Under the pieces are notes generated by a model. That model worked only from the letters and a program-made list of their open reading frames with translations, ran no database searches and had not been told where the DNA came from. DNA of 60,000 nucleotides from Malacoraja senta. Taxonomy: Eukaryota. Shown here piece after piece: positions 48,851 through 60,000 of this stretch. The stretch covers positions 19,036,001 through 19,096,000 of the forward strand of contig CM075987.1 of the NCBI GenBank assembly GCA_038087875.1, given 5' to 3'. Every line of letters begins with the position of its first letter. Positions within the stretch are counted from its first letter, which is position 1. A program made the position numbers and the translations under genes.

Positions 48851-49790
48851 TGTCTAATGAACACAAGCTTCGCTTGCATTTTCCAAGTTGACGTGGTTTT
48901 ACTCCTCCCACTTTTTGCCCACTAGGCAAATATACATGTGGAAACTAATAATTTCAGTCATTACACTTTCAAATTAAAGCGAAATAAACAGAGAGAGTAA
49001 TAAAATAAAAGACTCAAAAGTATTGGAATAACTCAACGGATCAGGCAGCATCTCTGGAGAACATGGATAAGAGACATTACGAGTGGCTATCAAGCAAATA
49101 AAACAATATTTATCTATTAATAGATTTACAGATATCTTTTTCAGTAACCGCAGACGTTGGGGTTGGGTTTGAACAAAGATGGATAGGTACATGGATTGGA
49201 AAGGTGTAGAGGGTAATGGGCCAATAGTGGACACATGGTATTCGCTTAGATGGGACATCTTGATCACCATGGACAGGTTGGGCCAAAGGGCCTGTTTCCG
49301 TATTATATGGCACTATAATTCCATGTGTAGGGCAATGCCGAGAATCATTCAAACAAGCTATTAATGCCTCTTTCCCAACATAGCCAGACCATCAGTTGAC
49401 ATTGCAATGTTGCCTTGAAGTCACAGCTAAGCATCCCCATTTTAAATTCTGACACCTTATCCCAATATATTCATTCCATAGTCCTCTTGACAAAGACATC
49501 CTGAATGAACCAGATAGCCCAAGATCATTTCCTTGAGTCAGTACAAGATTGTTTTCATTCCTTTAATCTCTGAGCACAATTTACCATCTCTGAAGATCTT
49601 AAGGACTCATATTCCACCTTATGATCACCTTCGCAACCACCTTCACACATCTTTCACTGAACTCACCTTAATGTCTTTATCACCTCAATAAGTTACAGAT
49701 GCATTCTTACTCTGCTGATCACTTCTAGATGTGATTGTTGCATTACATTCTCTTGTACATAGAACCTGAACCAGTACAGCATAGGAACAG

Positions 49791-50023
49791 ACGAAATGTG
49801 TAAGAAGGAGCTGCAGATGCTGGTTTAAACCAAAGATAGACACAAAAAGCTGGAGTAACTCAGCGGGACAGGCAGCATCTCTGGAGAGAAGGAAGGGGTG
49901 ACGTTTTGGGTCGAGACCCTTCTTCAGAGTCTGAAGAAGGGTACCGACCCGTAATGTCACCCTTTCCTTCTCTCCAGAGATGCTGCCTGTCCAGCTGAGT
50001 TACTACAGCTTTTTGTGTCTATC
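49791..50023. mobile_element. Inverted pair of Penelope pLTR fragments (hairpin element) with a 16-bp TSD
   Basis: Arms 49834-49928 and 49930-50024; tacagcataggaacag at 49775-49790 and 50024-50039. Confidence 0.85.
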
Positions 50024-51164
50024 TACAGCATAGGAACAGGTCCTTTGGCCTGCCATGTTTGTGCCAATGCCAATTATACAATGCCAATCTGAACTAATTG
50101 CCTCTGCCTGCACATGGTTGGTATTCCTTTATTCCATGTCTATTGATGTGTGTCTGGTGAAAGGGCTCCATTATTAACCATTGATATCATGTCTGCTTCC
50201 AACACCTTTTCTGGCAACCCATTCACTGTTAAAAACTTTCCTTGAAATCTCCTTTAAGTTTTCCCACTCTGACTGTCAACCTATGCCCTTGAGTATTTGC
50301 ATTTCCACCCTGGGAATAGACTCTGACTATCTACTCTATCCTCCCCCAGTGCAACTTCAATCACCTTGTCAGGCTCTTTTCCTGATATGAGATCTAGTAT
50401 CGCCATGTCCATAGTTGGACATCCTATTCCTAACTGTTCCAAGAAGCCCTCTTGAATTAACATAACAAATTCTGCCCCATCCAACCCTGTACAAAGGAAG
50501 TCCCGTATCAATAGTTGGGTAATTAAAATCGCCCATGACAACAATCCTGTTGTTTTTAAACCTTTCCATGATCTTCCTGTACATCTGTTGCTCTAGCTCT
50601 TGCTGTATATGGAAGCCCAAAACTAGCACCCCCCCCCCCCCCCCACCTGCTCTCTGCTCTCTCCCTTTTCTCTGCGGTCCATTAACTCCAACCCAACAAA
50701 TGCTCAAATGCCAGTGCAATATGTCACACCAAGTTATTGAAGGCAAAGACTGTCTCCCCTTCCTGTATGAAGTCAGGGGTTTATACAATTGTTTTAAAAC
50801 GTAATTGAGGGAAAGTCCATTAGCCGCAAAATAGGTCCCTGCTTCAAAAGGTGCATAAACTGGCAATAGGTGGGAGCCAGTGCGCGTTTTGTGCAAAGTC
50901 CCAATTGCAATATTCTGTTGCACATAATGCCTGAGGTACTGTGGGCAATAAGTTAGCTATTGCACATGAGCAATAGATAAGGATTTGTGCAGAGAGATCT
51001 TTGTTCCACTGGTTCTTCACCACTGCAGCGACAACAAATCACTTGTACATCGAGGATTATGTATCCTGTACTATAGGTCAGGGTGCTAGGAGGTCAGGGG
51101 GGTGGAAGGAAGGTCATAATCAGCTAGAGATGAACAGGTCAGGGTCTAGTGAATCTAAAGGATA

Positions 51165-51600
51165 TTATGGAGAGGTTGAGTAGGCTGGGACTCTATTCCT
51201 TGGAGTGCAGGAGGATGAGGGGTGATCTTATTGAGTGTATAAAATCATGAGAGGAATAGATCGGGTAGATGCACAGTCTCTTGCCCAGAGTATGTGAATT
51301 AAGGACCAGAGGACATAGGTTTAAGGTGAAGGGGAAAAGATTTAATAGGATTCTGAGGGGTAACTTTTTCACACAAAGGGTGGTGGGTGTATGGAACAAG
51401 CTGCCAGAGGAGGTAGTTGAGGCAGGGACTACCCCAGCATTTAAGAAATAGTTGGACAGGTACATGGGTAGAACAGGTTTGGAGGATATGGGCCTAAAGC
51501 GGGCTGGTGGGACTAGTGTAGCTGGCACATATTTGTGTGTGGGAAAGTTGGACTGAAGGGCCTGTTTCCACGCTGTATCACTCTATGACTCTATGACTGT
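51165..51600 (+). mobile_element. CR1 LINE 3' fragment
   Basis: RTRGHRFKVKG..NFFTQRVVGVWNKLP; (ctatgact)n tail. Confidence 0.9.
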
Positions 51601-52759
51601 ATATTAAGAGAACAAGCTTGGGGATGAAGCAACAAGTAGGTGGAAATCTTAAAGGGGATCTTGTCCTAGACTCTGCAGCCACAGCCTGATCGGAATAATC
51701 CCCTCTAAGGTGCATCGAGAAGACCTCACATAAATTGTAAAATTCTGCCTGTATGTGTGGGCAGGAGTCATTTGCAGATGCACAAGAAAATATCTGATGT
51801 GGAGACACAAGGAACCGCATAAGCTAGAATCTTGAGCAAAACATAAAGTGCTGATGGAACTCAGTGGGTCAGGCAGCATCTGTGGAAGGAATGGACTGAT
51901 GACGTTTCGAGTTGGTACTTTTTTTCAGACAATAAATGTTGGTCATGCAGTTTGAGGCCATTAAAGGAATTCAGGTACTTTTTAAGTTTTTCAGGAACTA
52001 TGCAACTAGTTCCCGATCTAGATTTTGATTGAATTTCATAATGTTACACACAAAAATCACACAAGTCTTGAAATTATTTCAAAATTTGTTGGACTGAATT
52101 CTCCTTCAAGACCAATTTTTCTAAACAAGTGCTGTGTTTCTTTGAATATCTTCAATTTTTATGGGGATTCTGTCTGAGAGCAATCATTATAACTGAGCCA
52201 TAATATAGCACACAAAGCATTCTTGTTTTTTTCATTTTCAAATGTTACTGTAGCTGAAGTAATGAATAATGAAATTAGTGAAAAGGAAAAGCACAAACAG
52301 CAAACAATGGAAAGCACAAGGAAATGGAACTGTCTAATTCGCTGGTTCAGTGTGACTCATTGATTTCTGCTTTGTATACTGTTCCTCCATCAATTTTCCC
52401 TCATGGTTATGCTGATAGGATATGACAAAAAGAGGTGGGAGGTTACTTGTTTGCAGCATAAATGCCACCACAGAGTAGTTTGATTGAACAGCCTGCTCGT
52501 GCGCAGTAAATGTTCCATAATTCAATGCAAAGTGAAGTGAGCTGCTTCCCATCAGTTCCAAATCCCAACCCCCTCCTGTTCAATTGATTATCATCATGCA
52601 GAACCTGAGAACTCTGCACTAATCTATGACTGCCGCAAAAACAATAATTGTTTGTGCCCAGCTTCTGGACACAATAAATGAAGCTTCATTAAAGCAAAAC
52701 ACCAAAAGTTCCATTAAAGTACAAAACATGTTCAGACTCGAGTTGAAAAACAATTTAGG

Positions 52760-53082
52760 TCAGTTCAGAGATACAGCATGGAAACAGGCCCTTCAGCCCT
52801 CCGAGTCCACACCAACCATCGATCACCCATTCAAAATAGTTCTATGTTATCCCACTTTCTCATCCACTCCCTACACAACAGGGGCAATTTTTTCAGAGAC
52901 CGATTAGCTCACAAACCCGTACATTGCTGGGTGTGGGAGGAAACTGGAGGTCCTGAGAGAAATCAATGCAGTCATAGGGAGAACATGCAAACTCTATACA
53001 GACAGTACCCGAGGTCAGGTTTGAACCCGGGTCTCTGGTGCTGTGAAGGAGGAGCTCTACCAGCTGTTCCACTGTGCTGCTC
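52760..53082 (-). mobile_element. HE1-type V-SINE
   Basis: Reverse complement of the same head, core and tail. Confidence 0.8.
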
Positions 53083-54939
53083 CAAATTGACATTTTTGTT
53101 TTTGTTATGTTGCTTTTCTGATGCAATAAAACTTCCTAAGAGGCTCTGTTGTACTCCAGAACTTGATAGGTACTAACAATTTGATTTGAAATATGTCAAT
53201 TTAATTTTCATAGTTTGGTCTATTGTGAAAATTTCAACTGTCTGTGAACTCTTACTCTGAAATGGAAGCTGAAGGTTTTCCACATAGAGATTTATTGAGG
53301 ATCAAGAGAAAAGGATTTGGGTATAAGGATTGCCAGCAGGCGCACTCACATTGTCAAACCGCACACATTGGCCAAGGAGTAGATACTGCAATAAAATGTA
53401 AGGAAGATGGTTTATAAAGTTATATTTTATTGAGCCACAGTAGAAGGATAGTTATCAGTGTTATGGCTTTCATATAGTGCTGGAGTAACTCAATGGTTTA
53501 GGTAGCATCTGGAGATCAATTACTTCAACTCTTTGTGACTTTTTTTTGAAAACCTCAATCTGCAGTTCCTTATGTCTACATTTTATGGCTCTCATACATG
53601 CTTTGCGGCTGAGGAACTATCTTTGGAGTCTTGGAGTGTAGTTTGCTGCAGCATCTGTACCCAGCTCCACCATGGGCGCAGTTGAACTTAAGCTTCAATA
53701 TTTAGAAATCCACTGTGTGCAGAGTGCCAGAGACCCAGGTTCGATCCAGACCTCCTCCTGTCTGCGTGGTGTTTGCATGCTCTCCGTCATGTGACCATGT
53801 GGGTTTCCTCTGTGTGCTCTGGTTTCCACACACATCCCAAAGCATGTATGTTTGTAGTTTAATTGGCCTGGCTTCAGGTATTGGGAGAGGTTGGATGGGT
53901 TGGAACTTTTTCTTTGGCGCATAGGAAGCTGAAGGATGACCTTATTGAGGTGTAAAAGATCATGGGATACGTGAATAAAGTAAACGCTCACACAGTATTC
54001 TCAAACCAAAGGCCATGCACTTAAGGTAAGAGGGGAGTGATTTAACAGGTATCACAGAGGCAGCTTTTTTCACTCAGAGGGTAGCCCACATATGGAATAA
54101 ATTGCTAGAGGAAGCTATAGAAGTGGATACAATTATGAGGTTTAAAAAACATTTGAATAGATTTACGGTTTCAAAAGGTTTTGAGGGATTTAGGCTAATT
54201 GCCAATATGCCAATGTGGTCAGTATGGACAAGGTGAGCCAAAGGACCTGTTTCTGTGCTGTTTCTGTGCTGTTATTCTATGACTCTAACTAGTAATAAAA
54301 CTGCACAAATTGCTTCAGAGTAATTGAGCTCAGCTGCAATATCAAAGAATATTTTTCACTGCTGATTAAATATTCCATAAAAATCCAATATTGTGATGTA
54401 AAATTCCCTTATCAATTAATGAAGTCCTTTTAGCTCTGGTTCTAAAGAATTTTTTCGCTATTAATGCAACTTTCCCCATTGTACAACAATTACTTCATTT
54501 CAAATGAACTTCATTAGTCATGGAGCACTTTAGGACCCCCAGAGGCTGTCAAAGTTACTATATTAATGCAGATTTGTTTTATTACACCAAAAGAAAGCTG
54601 GTGTTATTTCTGAGCAAATTTGTAAACATTGCCACAAAATCTGGACTGCTAACAACTAATGGGCTAGAATTATGGTCTATGGAGAACATTGGGAAAACAA
54701 GTTCACAAGTTATAGGAGCAGAATAAGGCCATTTGGCCCATCAAGACAACTCCGCCATTCAATCATGGCTGATCTCTGCCTCCTAATTCCATTTTCCTGC
54801 CTTCTCCCCATAACCCTTGACACCCATTCTAATCAAGAATTCGTCTATCTCTGCCTGAAAAATATCCACTAACTTGGCCTCTTCAGCCCTCTGTGGCAAT
54901 GAGTTCAACAGATTAACTATCCACTGACTAAAGAAACCT

Positions 54940-55697
54940 TAAGTAAAATTCAGTATGTTTTCCCATTTCCATGTTATTCCCTCACTTTCTCCTCCCCCCA
55001 CTGTCTCCGTGTACCCACATCCCTCCCTCTGGCTTTACATTTTACTCATCCTCTCCTTCTCAAATACCCTTTTGTCTCCTTTTCACGTGTGGCCTTTGTA
55101 ACCCACTCCACCCATCTGCCAATTACCCCTCCCCCTCGCCTGTACCCATCTATCACTTGTCAGGCTTTGTGGTGCCCCACCTCCCATTTCCAGCTTCCCC
55201 ACTCCTATTCCAATCAGTCCAAAGAAGGGTCCCAACCTGAAATGTCATCTGTCCATTCCCTCCACAGATCATGCCTGACTGCAACGTTCCTCCAGCACTT
55301 TATGTTTTATACAGTGTATGAGTGTCAGTAAAGTGATCATGGAGCTGCCACATTATATTCCTCTCTCTGGTTTTACATTTCACCTCCTTTTCTTTTTATC
55401 TGACACCCTTTTGTCTGCTTTTCACCTCTAACCTTTGTCACTAATCCACCCATCTGCCAAACAAATCCACCTTACCTTTATCCAACCATTAGTTACCAGA
55501 CTTTGTCTCACCTCCACTTCTCTTTTCTATCTTTTCTCCCCCCTCCCCCCCACCCCCCACTACAATCAGTCTGTAGAAGGGTCCTGACCCAAAACGTCAT
55601 GGTCACTCTTTCTACAGATGTTGCCAGATCTGCTGAGTTCCTCCAGCACTTTGTGTTTTGCTCACGATTCCAGCATCTGTTGTTCCTTGGATGTCCA
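54940..55697 (+). mobile_element. Two tandem Penelope pLTR copies (about 54940-55310 and 55350-55697)
   Basis: Repeated pyrimidine-rich block followed by caatcagtc.g.agaagggtcc..acc..aaa.gtca. Confidence 0.7.
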
Positions 55698-56388
55698 GAT
55701 AATATTTGCTATCTGGTTCACTAACACCCGTCAGTAAAGGAACTCTGTTGATCTTTACCCAGTCTGGTCCATGTGTGACTCCAAACCCACACAAATGTGG
55801 TTGATTGACCACATTATCATCAAACCTGAGATGGTCCAAGAAGGCTTGATTTTTTCAAAGCAACTTGAGACATGAAACAAATGTTGGTTTTACAAAAACT
55901 CCCACAACCTGAGAACTTATTTCAATAAAGCGTGGTGTTTGTTCCATTTGTTGCCATGTGTTTCCACAGTGAATGCACATTGCACCATGATGAGGGCTGC
56001 GACAACTACGTAGGACTTCCCATTATTGTAAAGTGTGGAATACGCAACTGACGTGTTCTTATGCAATCAGTAACCTTGTGTACTTCTGCACTGACCAGTT
56101 CCTTTTGTATTGGCTAGATTTTCTTCCTATTATTTTCTTTGGCATTCACTATTTTAGCATTAAAAAGAGAGACGACAATGGAAAGAAGTGTAAAGAATAT
56201 CCTAATTTGCTGTGGAACATTGAAACAGGAATCAGCCTTCCATTATTTCTGACCTTATAGTTACTTCATATCTCAACTTCATTAACTCGCTTTACTCTGT
56301 ATCCTTTAATATCCGTATCCAACAAAATCCATTTACTAGGTCATAAGTGAGGTATTAATGTTGGTTAAAACACATAACTACTATAATC

Positions 56389-56512
56389 AGAAGAAGCGTC
56401 CCGACCCAAAACGTCATCTATCCATGTTCTCCAGAAATGCTGCTGACCCGCTGAGTGACTCCAGCACTTTGCCTTTTTTTCTAAACCAGCATCTGCAGTT
56501 CCCAATTTCTAT
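56389..56512 (+). mobile_element. 5'-truncated pLTR fragment with a 15-bp TSD
   Basis: ataactactataatc at 56374-56388 and 56513-56527. Confidence 0.75.
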
Positions 56513-57084
56513 ATAACTACTATAATCCCTATAATCCTCAACCTACAGACATCTCTTCCAGAACTCCTGCAAAGTAGTTTTACCAATGCTGGTTCTGCTT
56601 TGGTGCAGATGAACCACTGATTCTTGCATGGTGTCCACTGATCATACAGAGTTTCAGGTGAACTAATGGACAAATTCAGCAGGGAACATAATATAGGTCT
56701 AAAATGTGGATAATGAGACAAAGACACCCCCCCTCAAGCAAACTTTTTCATCTGCAGCTATGCTTGTAAGATGTCACCAAACACAGGAGAAGGCCCTCTA
56801 AGCTTTCTTCTCACCAGCTCATGAATTCTCTTGACACAAGAACTTTTGTAATTATTCTGACTGTGATAATCTTGCTTTAACATTGAAGGTATGGTTGTGC
56901 TGTGGTTAGGTTACTGGACATGTAAACATATCTCACTGTGTCAGCTATTAACAATCTTGTCTCAGTAAATGTGAGATGAAACTACTGATAGTTAAAAAAA
57001 AAAAAATCAGGAAAGGAAATCTGCCTTCTGGTCAGTAAATGACTCCAGAACCACCGCAGCAATGGACAATAAATGCTGACCTTC

Positions 57085-57775
57085 CAAATCTACTACAAAC
57101 CCACTGACTCCCTGTCTATCTGGACTACACTTCTTCCCACCCTGCTTCCTGTAAGGACTCTATCCCCTACTCCCAATTCCTCCGTCTACGCCGCATCTGC
57201 ACCCAGGATGAGGTGTTCCAAACTAGGGCATCGGAGATACCCTCATTCTTTGGAGAACGGGGGCTCCCCTCTTCGACTATAGATGAGGCTCTCACCAGGG
57301 TCTCCTCTGTATCCCGTAGCTCCACTCTCACTCCCCATCCCCCCACTCGTAACAAGGACAGACTCCCCCTTGTCCTCACCTCCCACCCACCAGCCGTCAC
57401 ATACAGTATAACGTGACATTTTCGCCACCTCCAACGGGATCCCACCACTGGCCACATCTTCCCATCTCCTCCCCTTTCGCCTTTCCGCAGAGACTGCTCC
57501 GTAACTCCCTGGTCAATTCGTCCCTTCCCACCCAAACCACCCCCTCCCCATGTACTTTCCAGGAAATGCTTTTTCCCAGGAAATGCTACACTTGTCGCTT
57601 TACATCCCCCCTTGACTCCATCAAAGGACCCAAGTAGTCTTTCCAGGTGAGGCAGAGGTTCACCTGCACCTCCTCCTACCTCATCTATTGCATCCACTGC
57701 TCTAGGTGTCAGGTGCTCTATATCGGTGAGACCAAGCGTAGGCTTGGCGATCGCTTCGTTCAACACCTCCGCTCC
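57085..57775 (+). mobile_element. Penelope-like element fragment (RT C-terminus plus GIY-YIG endonuclease), frameshifted
   Basis: IYYKPTD, SIPYSQFLRLRRIC, FTCTSSYLIYCIHCSRCQVLYIGETKRRLGDRF..HLRSV. Confidence 0.9.
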
Positions 57776-60000
57776 GTTCTTTTATTAAATTTATTTCAAA
57801 ATAGACTTTATTCGAGAAATAAATATATACAATACATGATCCTTACAAAACTTCATCCGACAGTCTCGGAACTATACATACATACAATACAGTTTCCCCA
57901 AATCACAATTTTACCCCACACCCTTGCCACTCATGTGGCCCACAGGCCCAAAATGTTGCCTTCAATTCCCTTCAATTACAGAATATGACCATCACCTCTC
58001 CCAGTATTTCCAAATTGCTATATCCCTCCTCTGATCTCCTGTGTATCTCTGCCCCTGTACTCCACTTTTGGCAACCATGCCTTCACCTACCTACATATAT
58101 ATTTTTCTCACTGCTGATCTCCCTCATTGCCTCTTCCTATTTCTTTAGCCTCATGTTGAAGCTTTCTCTTATTGACCAAACTATGACGAATTCTCATGCT
58201 ACTCAACCTCCACATTCTCTTCATTGTTTGCTCTCTTCCTTGGTTCTTTGTGCAGTGCTCGGTTTTGCTGTATTCTTATGTAAATACAAGGAACTGTTGT
58301 CCTTGAGCACCCTCCTATGGCCAGATCAAAACAACAAAGGCAAAGGAGTTGATCCTTCCTTCCTGCATTATCTTCCTTGCTGCAATTATTTATCAACTTC
58401 AAAACCACTAGGAAATTGGAAAGAAGGAGGAAAGAAGTCTTCACTTCCTTGGAACATATCAAGCTCAACTGTTCGAATAATAAGCCAATCTAATCAACCC
58501 TTCAGTCCTTTTTGGCTTCACTAAGGAAAATAATTATTTTTATTTTAAGAAACAGCGGAAATGAACTATAATGAACTATAAATATTTTCTGGCTGATGAT
58601 TTTCAATGTAGCTGTCAATAAGACCTGTTACTGAAAAGAAGGGTAAAAATGTAAAAATTTGCAACTAAGTCATTGCATCAAAATGGTACTAAAATTGTAT
58701 AGCATGGTATACTCATCTCTAAAGGTATGCTTACACTTTTATATTGAGGTTCAGGTGACATTAGTTCTGATATTTCATCACCTTGGCTTGAATTCTTACT
58801 AGTTGTGAAGATTAGCTCCACTCCAGTGGAAGGTTTGTCGAGGTGATGTGCATAATTATGGTTGCAAATGACTGAAACAACTGCCGGGACATTGACATAG
58901 CTTTGCTTGACATTAGTCTACAGTGTTATTGGCTCTGTTGGAGACCTGATTATTAAAATTGTGCTTTATGTCATTTGAAGCAAATGTAATAGAGAGATGA
59001 ATTTCTCTGAACAGCTGAAATAGAAAGCTCCCCACTTTACCTCCAGTTTGGAGGGTTCAAATATTTTAATGAGGTTCAAAAAGGCCAAATAGAGTGGTTG
59101 GTCCTGCTCTCTGCATTTCTGCAGTCATGCAGCTAAGATCATGTGTGTTGTGCCTTTGGGTTGACGGAATCCATGTAAAACTCAAGGAGCATCTCTTTGG
59201 CTACTGCAGGAGGATGCAGGTAAGGAGGACCCAGGAGATGATTTTTCCTGTAGCAGACAAAAAGGAGACCAGATGAAGAGTATTGATCAGAAATGGACTG
59301 TCCATTTCCCTTCACAGATGCTGCTTGACCTGCTGTTCCTCCAATAGCTCTCCTTTCTTTTGCTGAAGATGCCAGCATCTGCAGTCTTTTCTGCCTCCTG
59401 CTCGTAGCTCATTGCCATGTCATAAATCCTTGCAATCTTTATTTGAACTTATGTAAAGCAAAGATAGGACAGCTGAAGTCTTTATCCCAGGGCAGGGAGT
59501 CTAGAACTAGAGTATGGGTTTAAGATGAGAGTGGAGAAATTTAAAGGATGGTATGTTGTTATCAGGAATTAGCTGCCAGTTAAGGTGGTGGAGGCAGATA
59601 CAATTAAAATGTTTAAAAGACATTTGGGCAAGTACTTCAATAGGAAAGGCGTAGAGGGATATGAGACTATTACAGGATTAGCCTAGATAGGGCTGGACGA
59701 GGTGGGCGGACAAGGCCAGCTTCTACACTGTACGATTCTATGAATGCTGTACAAATACTAAATGACTTGTTATTTTCCCAGCAAATTCTGGACCCAATCA
59801 ATTCTCCAGCATTTGCAGCCCACTCACCCCACAGTGCCAGAACACAATTTGGATATTTAGCATTTACTTTCATTTCTTTAGTGTCCCATGTTGATTCTCG
59901 GGGATATCAGCCAACTAACACAAGAGGCTTCTAACTTGATGAGCCTTCTAACTTGATACTGGTATCGCGGTACTGTTACCACATTCCAGCAATATGCTTT

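Noticed and set aside
57985..58524. 179-aa plus-strand ORF
   Set aside because: Low-complexity Leu/Ser-rich, no recognisable motif or splice support; partly resembles an old L2 fragment
59929..59958. 13-bp direct repeat cttctaacttgat
   Set aside because: Only two copies a few nt apart; a local micro-duplication, not an array

Overview
This is eukaryotic, intron-rich genomic DNA. The HE1-type V-SINEs, HER1/CR1 LINE tails, Rex1 and Penelope elements point to a cartilaginous fish, probably a skate or ray (inference). The main feature is one minus-strand multi-exon gene that I assembled by hand from splice sites: 12 phase-compatible coding exons from the ATG at 45146 down to 5367, 3026 nt in total, with the 3' end unresolved. 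Its motifs match the N-terminal region of CEP350, and its divergence suggests the paralog CCDC187. It has one GC-AG intron and a dead partial copy of one exon. The introns are filled with retroelements. The most interesting non-genic signals are: (i) Penelope pLTR fragments carrying a minimal hammerhead-ribozyme core, some forming near-perfect hairpins with 12-16 bp target-site duplications (TSDs); (ii) three GC-rich non-coding retroposons sharing two hairpins with compensatory base changes; (iii) a 1.15 kb element with 20-bp perfect terminal inverted repeats (TIRs). There is a 200-N assembly gap. No prokaryotic features were seen. Repeat boundaries are approximate and family names come from recognition, not from a database search.
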